Assembly (NCBI GenBank): GCA_037446215.1
Contig: JBBIJB010000053.1
Span: forward strand, 1-16,727
Origin: Armatimonadota bacterium
Lineage (GTDB): Bacteria > Sysuimicrobiota > Sysuimicrobiia > Sysuimicrobiales > Humicultoraceae
Direction: 5' to 3'
DNA length: 16,727 bases
How positions within the stretch are numbered: the first letter of the stretch is position 1; each line of letters opens with the position of its first letter. The notes beneath the pieces were generated by a model. It ran no database searches. It was not told the origin of the DNA and was given only the letters and a program-made list of their open reading frames with translations. Position numbers and translations under genes: made by a program. Shown here piece after piece: positions 15,406-16,727 of this stretch.

Positions 15406-16530
15406 ATGAAGCTGCACGAGTACCAGGCCAAGGAGATCTTCGCGAAGTACGGCATCCCGATACAGAGGGGCGTGGTGGTGGACGCCCCCGACCAGATCGA
15501 TGGGTTGGGGCTTGCCTACCCGCTCGTGCTGAAGGCGCAGGTGCTAACCGGCGGCCGCGGGAAGGCCGGCGGAATCAAACTCGCGCGCACGCCCGGCGAG
15601 GCCCGCGAGAGGGCGACCGCGATCCTGGGGATGGAGATCAAGGGCGAGCGTGTGGGGCGATTGCTGGCCGCCGAGGCCGTGGAGATCGGCGCGGAGTACT
15701 ACCTGGCCTTGACCGTAGACCGCGCAGCACGCCGGCTGGCATGCATAGGGTCGGCGGCGGGAGGGGTCGACATCGAGGAGGTGGCCCGGACCTCCCCGGA
15801 CAAGATCGATAAGCTGCACGTGGATCCATGGGCGGGATTCCACCCGTACCAAGCGCGGCAGATGGGCAGGCGGCTGGGCCTGGCGGGCAAGAGCCTGCTC
15901 CAGTTCGCCTCCATAGCCACATCCCTAGCCCGGATCTGCGTGGAGATGGACGCCGAGCTGGCCGAGATCAATCCGCTCGCGGTCGTGGTCGGCGGGCCGA
16001 GTCCGGAGGCCGTCGGCTCCCTGATGGCGGTCGATGCCAAGCTGGTGATAGACGACAACGCTGTTGACCGCCACAAGGGGCTTCCCCGCAACGGGGAGCT
16101 GACCGAGTTGGAGGCCGAGGCGAAGTCCCACGACCTCTCCTACGTGGAGCTCGACGGAGACGTCGCCATAATAGGCAACGGCGCCGGCCTGGTGATGTCC
16201 ACGCTCGACATGGTCGCCCACTTCGGCGGGCGTCCGGCGAACTTCCTGGACGTCGGCGGCGGGGCCACCACCGAGAACATGCGCCAGGCTATGGGGATAG
16301 TGCTCCGAAAGCCCGGGGTGCGGGTCCTGTTCGTGAACATCTTCGGGGGCATAACCCGGTGTGGCGACATCGCTAGGGGCATAGCGGCTGAGCCGCCTCC
16401 TCTTCCCATGGTCATCCGGCTGACCGGCACGAACGAAGAGGAAGGCCGGGTGATACTGCACGGGGCCGGGATCCAAGCGATGGCGGATCCCGAGGAGGCC
16501 GCGCGAGAGGCCGTGAGGCTGGCGGGCTAG
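15406..16530 (+). CDS. sucC: Succinyl-CoA synthetase beta subunit
   Basis: GGAG before ATG 15406. Motifs [62 protein letters not shown] and NIFGGITRC. Confidence 0.95.
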   Translation: MKLHEYQAKEIFAKYGIPIQRGVVVDAPDQIDGLGLAYPLVLKAQVLTGGRGKAGGIKLARTPGEARERATAILGMEIKGERVGRLLAAEAVEIGAEYYLALTVDRAARRLACIGSAAGGVDIEEVARTSPDKIDKLHVDPWAGFHPYQARQMGRRLGLAGKSLLQFASIATSLARICVEMDAELAEINPLAVVVGGPSPEAVGSLMAVDAKLVIDDNAVDRHKGLPRNGELTELEAEAKSHDLSYVELDGDVAIIGNGAGLVMSTLDMVAHFGGRPANFLDVGGGATTENMRQAMGIVLRKPGVRVLFVNIFGGITRCGDIARGIAAEPPPLPMVIRLTGTNEEEGRVILHGAGIQAMADPEEAAREAVRLAG

Positions 16531-16547
16531 GAGGGGCAGGCGGGATC

Positions 16548-16727
16548 ATGGCGATACTGGTGAACGAGCAGACCCGCGTGCTGGTGCAGGGGATCACAGG
16601 GTTCCAGGGCGAGTTCCACGCCCGCCGCATGCTCGAGTTCGGTACGAAGGTGGTGGCGGGGGTCACCCCGGGCAAGGGCGGGGCGGAGGTAGCGGGCGTC
16701 CCGGTGTTCGACACGGTGGCGGAGGCG
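16548..16727 (+). CDS. sucD: Succinyl-CoA synthetase alpha subunit (5' part; runs off the window)
   Basis: Not in the ORF track. ATG 16548 gives [60 protein letters not shown]. Confidence 0.95.
   Translation, partial: MAILVNEQTRVLVQGITGFQGEFHARRMLEFGTKVVAGVTPGKGGAEVAGVPVFDTVAEA

Overview
GC-rich (about 70% by eye) bacterial chromosomal segment, almost fully coding. No rRNA, tRNA, CRISPR array, integrase or transposase is visible. Gene order: 3' end of a PduO-type cobalamin adenosyltransferase (+); a 640-aa polytopic membrane protein with a C-terminal EEP phosphodiesterase domain that resembles eukaryotic Cwh43/PGAP2IP (+); a coupled gmhA-tag pair (-); a divergent AfuABC/FbpABC-family ABC importer followed by an S9 peptidase (+); three regulators in a row (GntR/HutC-UTRA, a long ArsR-type protein, a small excisionase-like HTH) ending in an MFS transporter (+); a fumC-atl pair (-); and rubrerythrin-sucC-sucD (+, sucD truncated). 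The most interesting signals are the full-length Cwh43-like protein, an AfuA-like (organophosphate rather than iron) importer divergent from a sedoheptulose-7-phosphate isomerase, two alkylation-repair genes each placed behind a metabolic enzyme, a perfect 26-bp palindromic operator before the ArsR-HTH-MFS operon, and a recurring SigH-like promoter motif. Homology calls come from motif recognition and recall, not from database searches.
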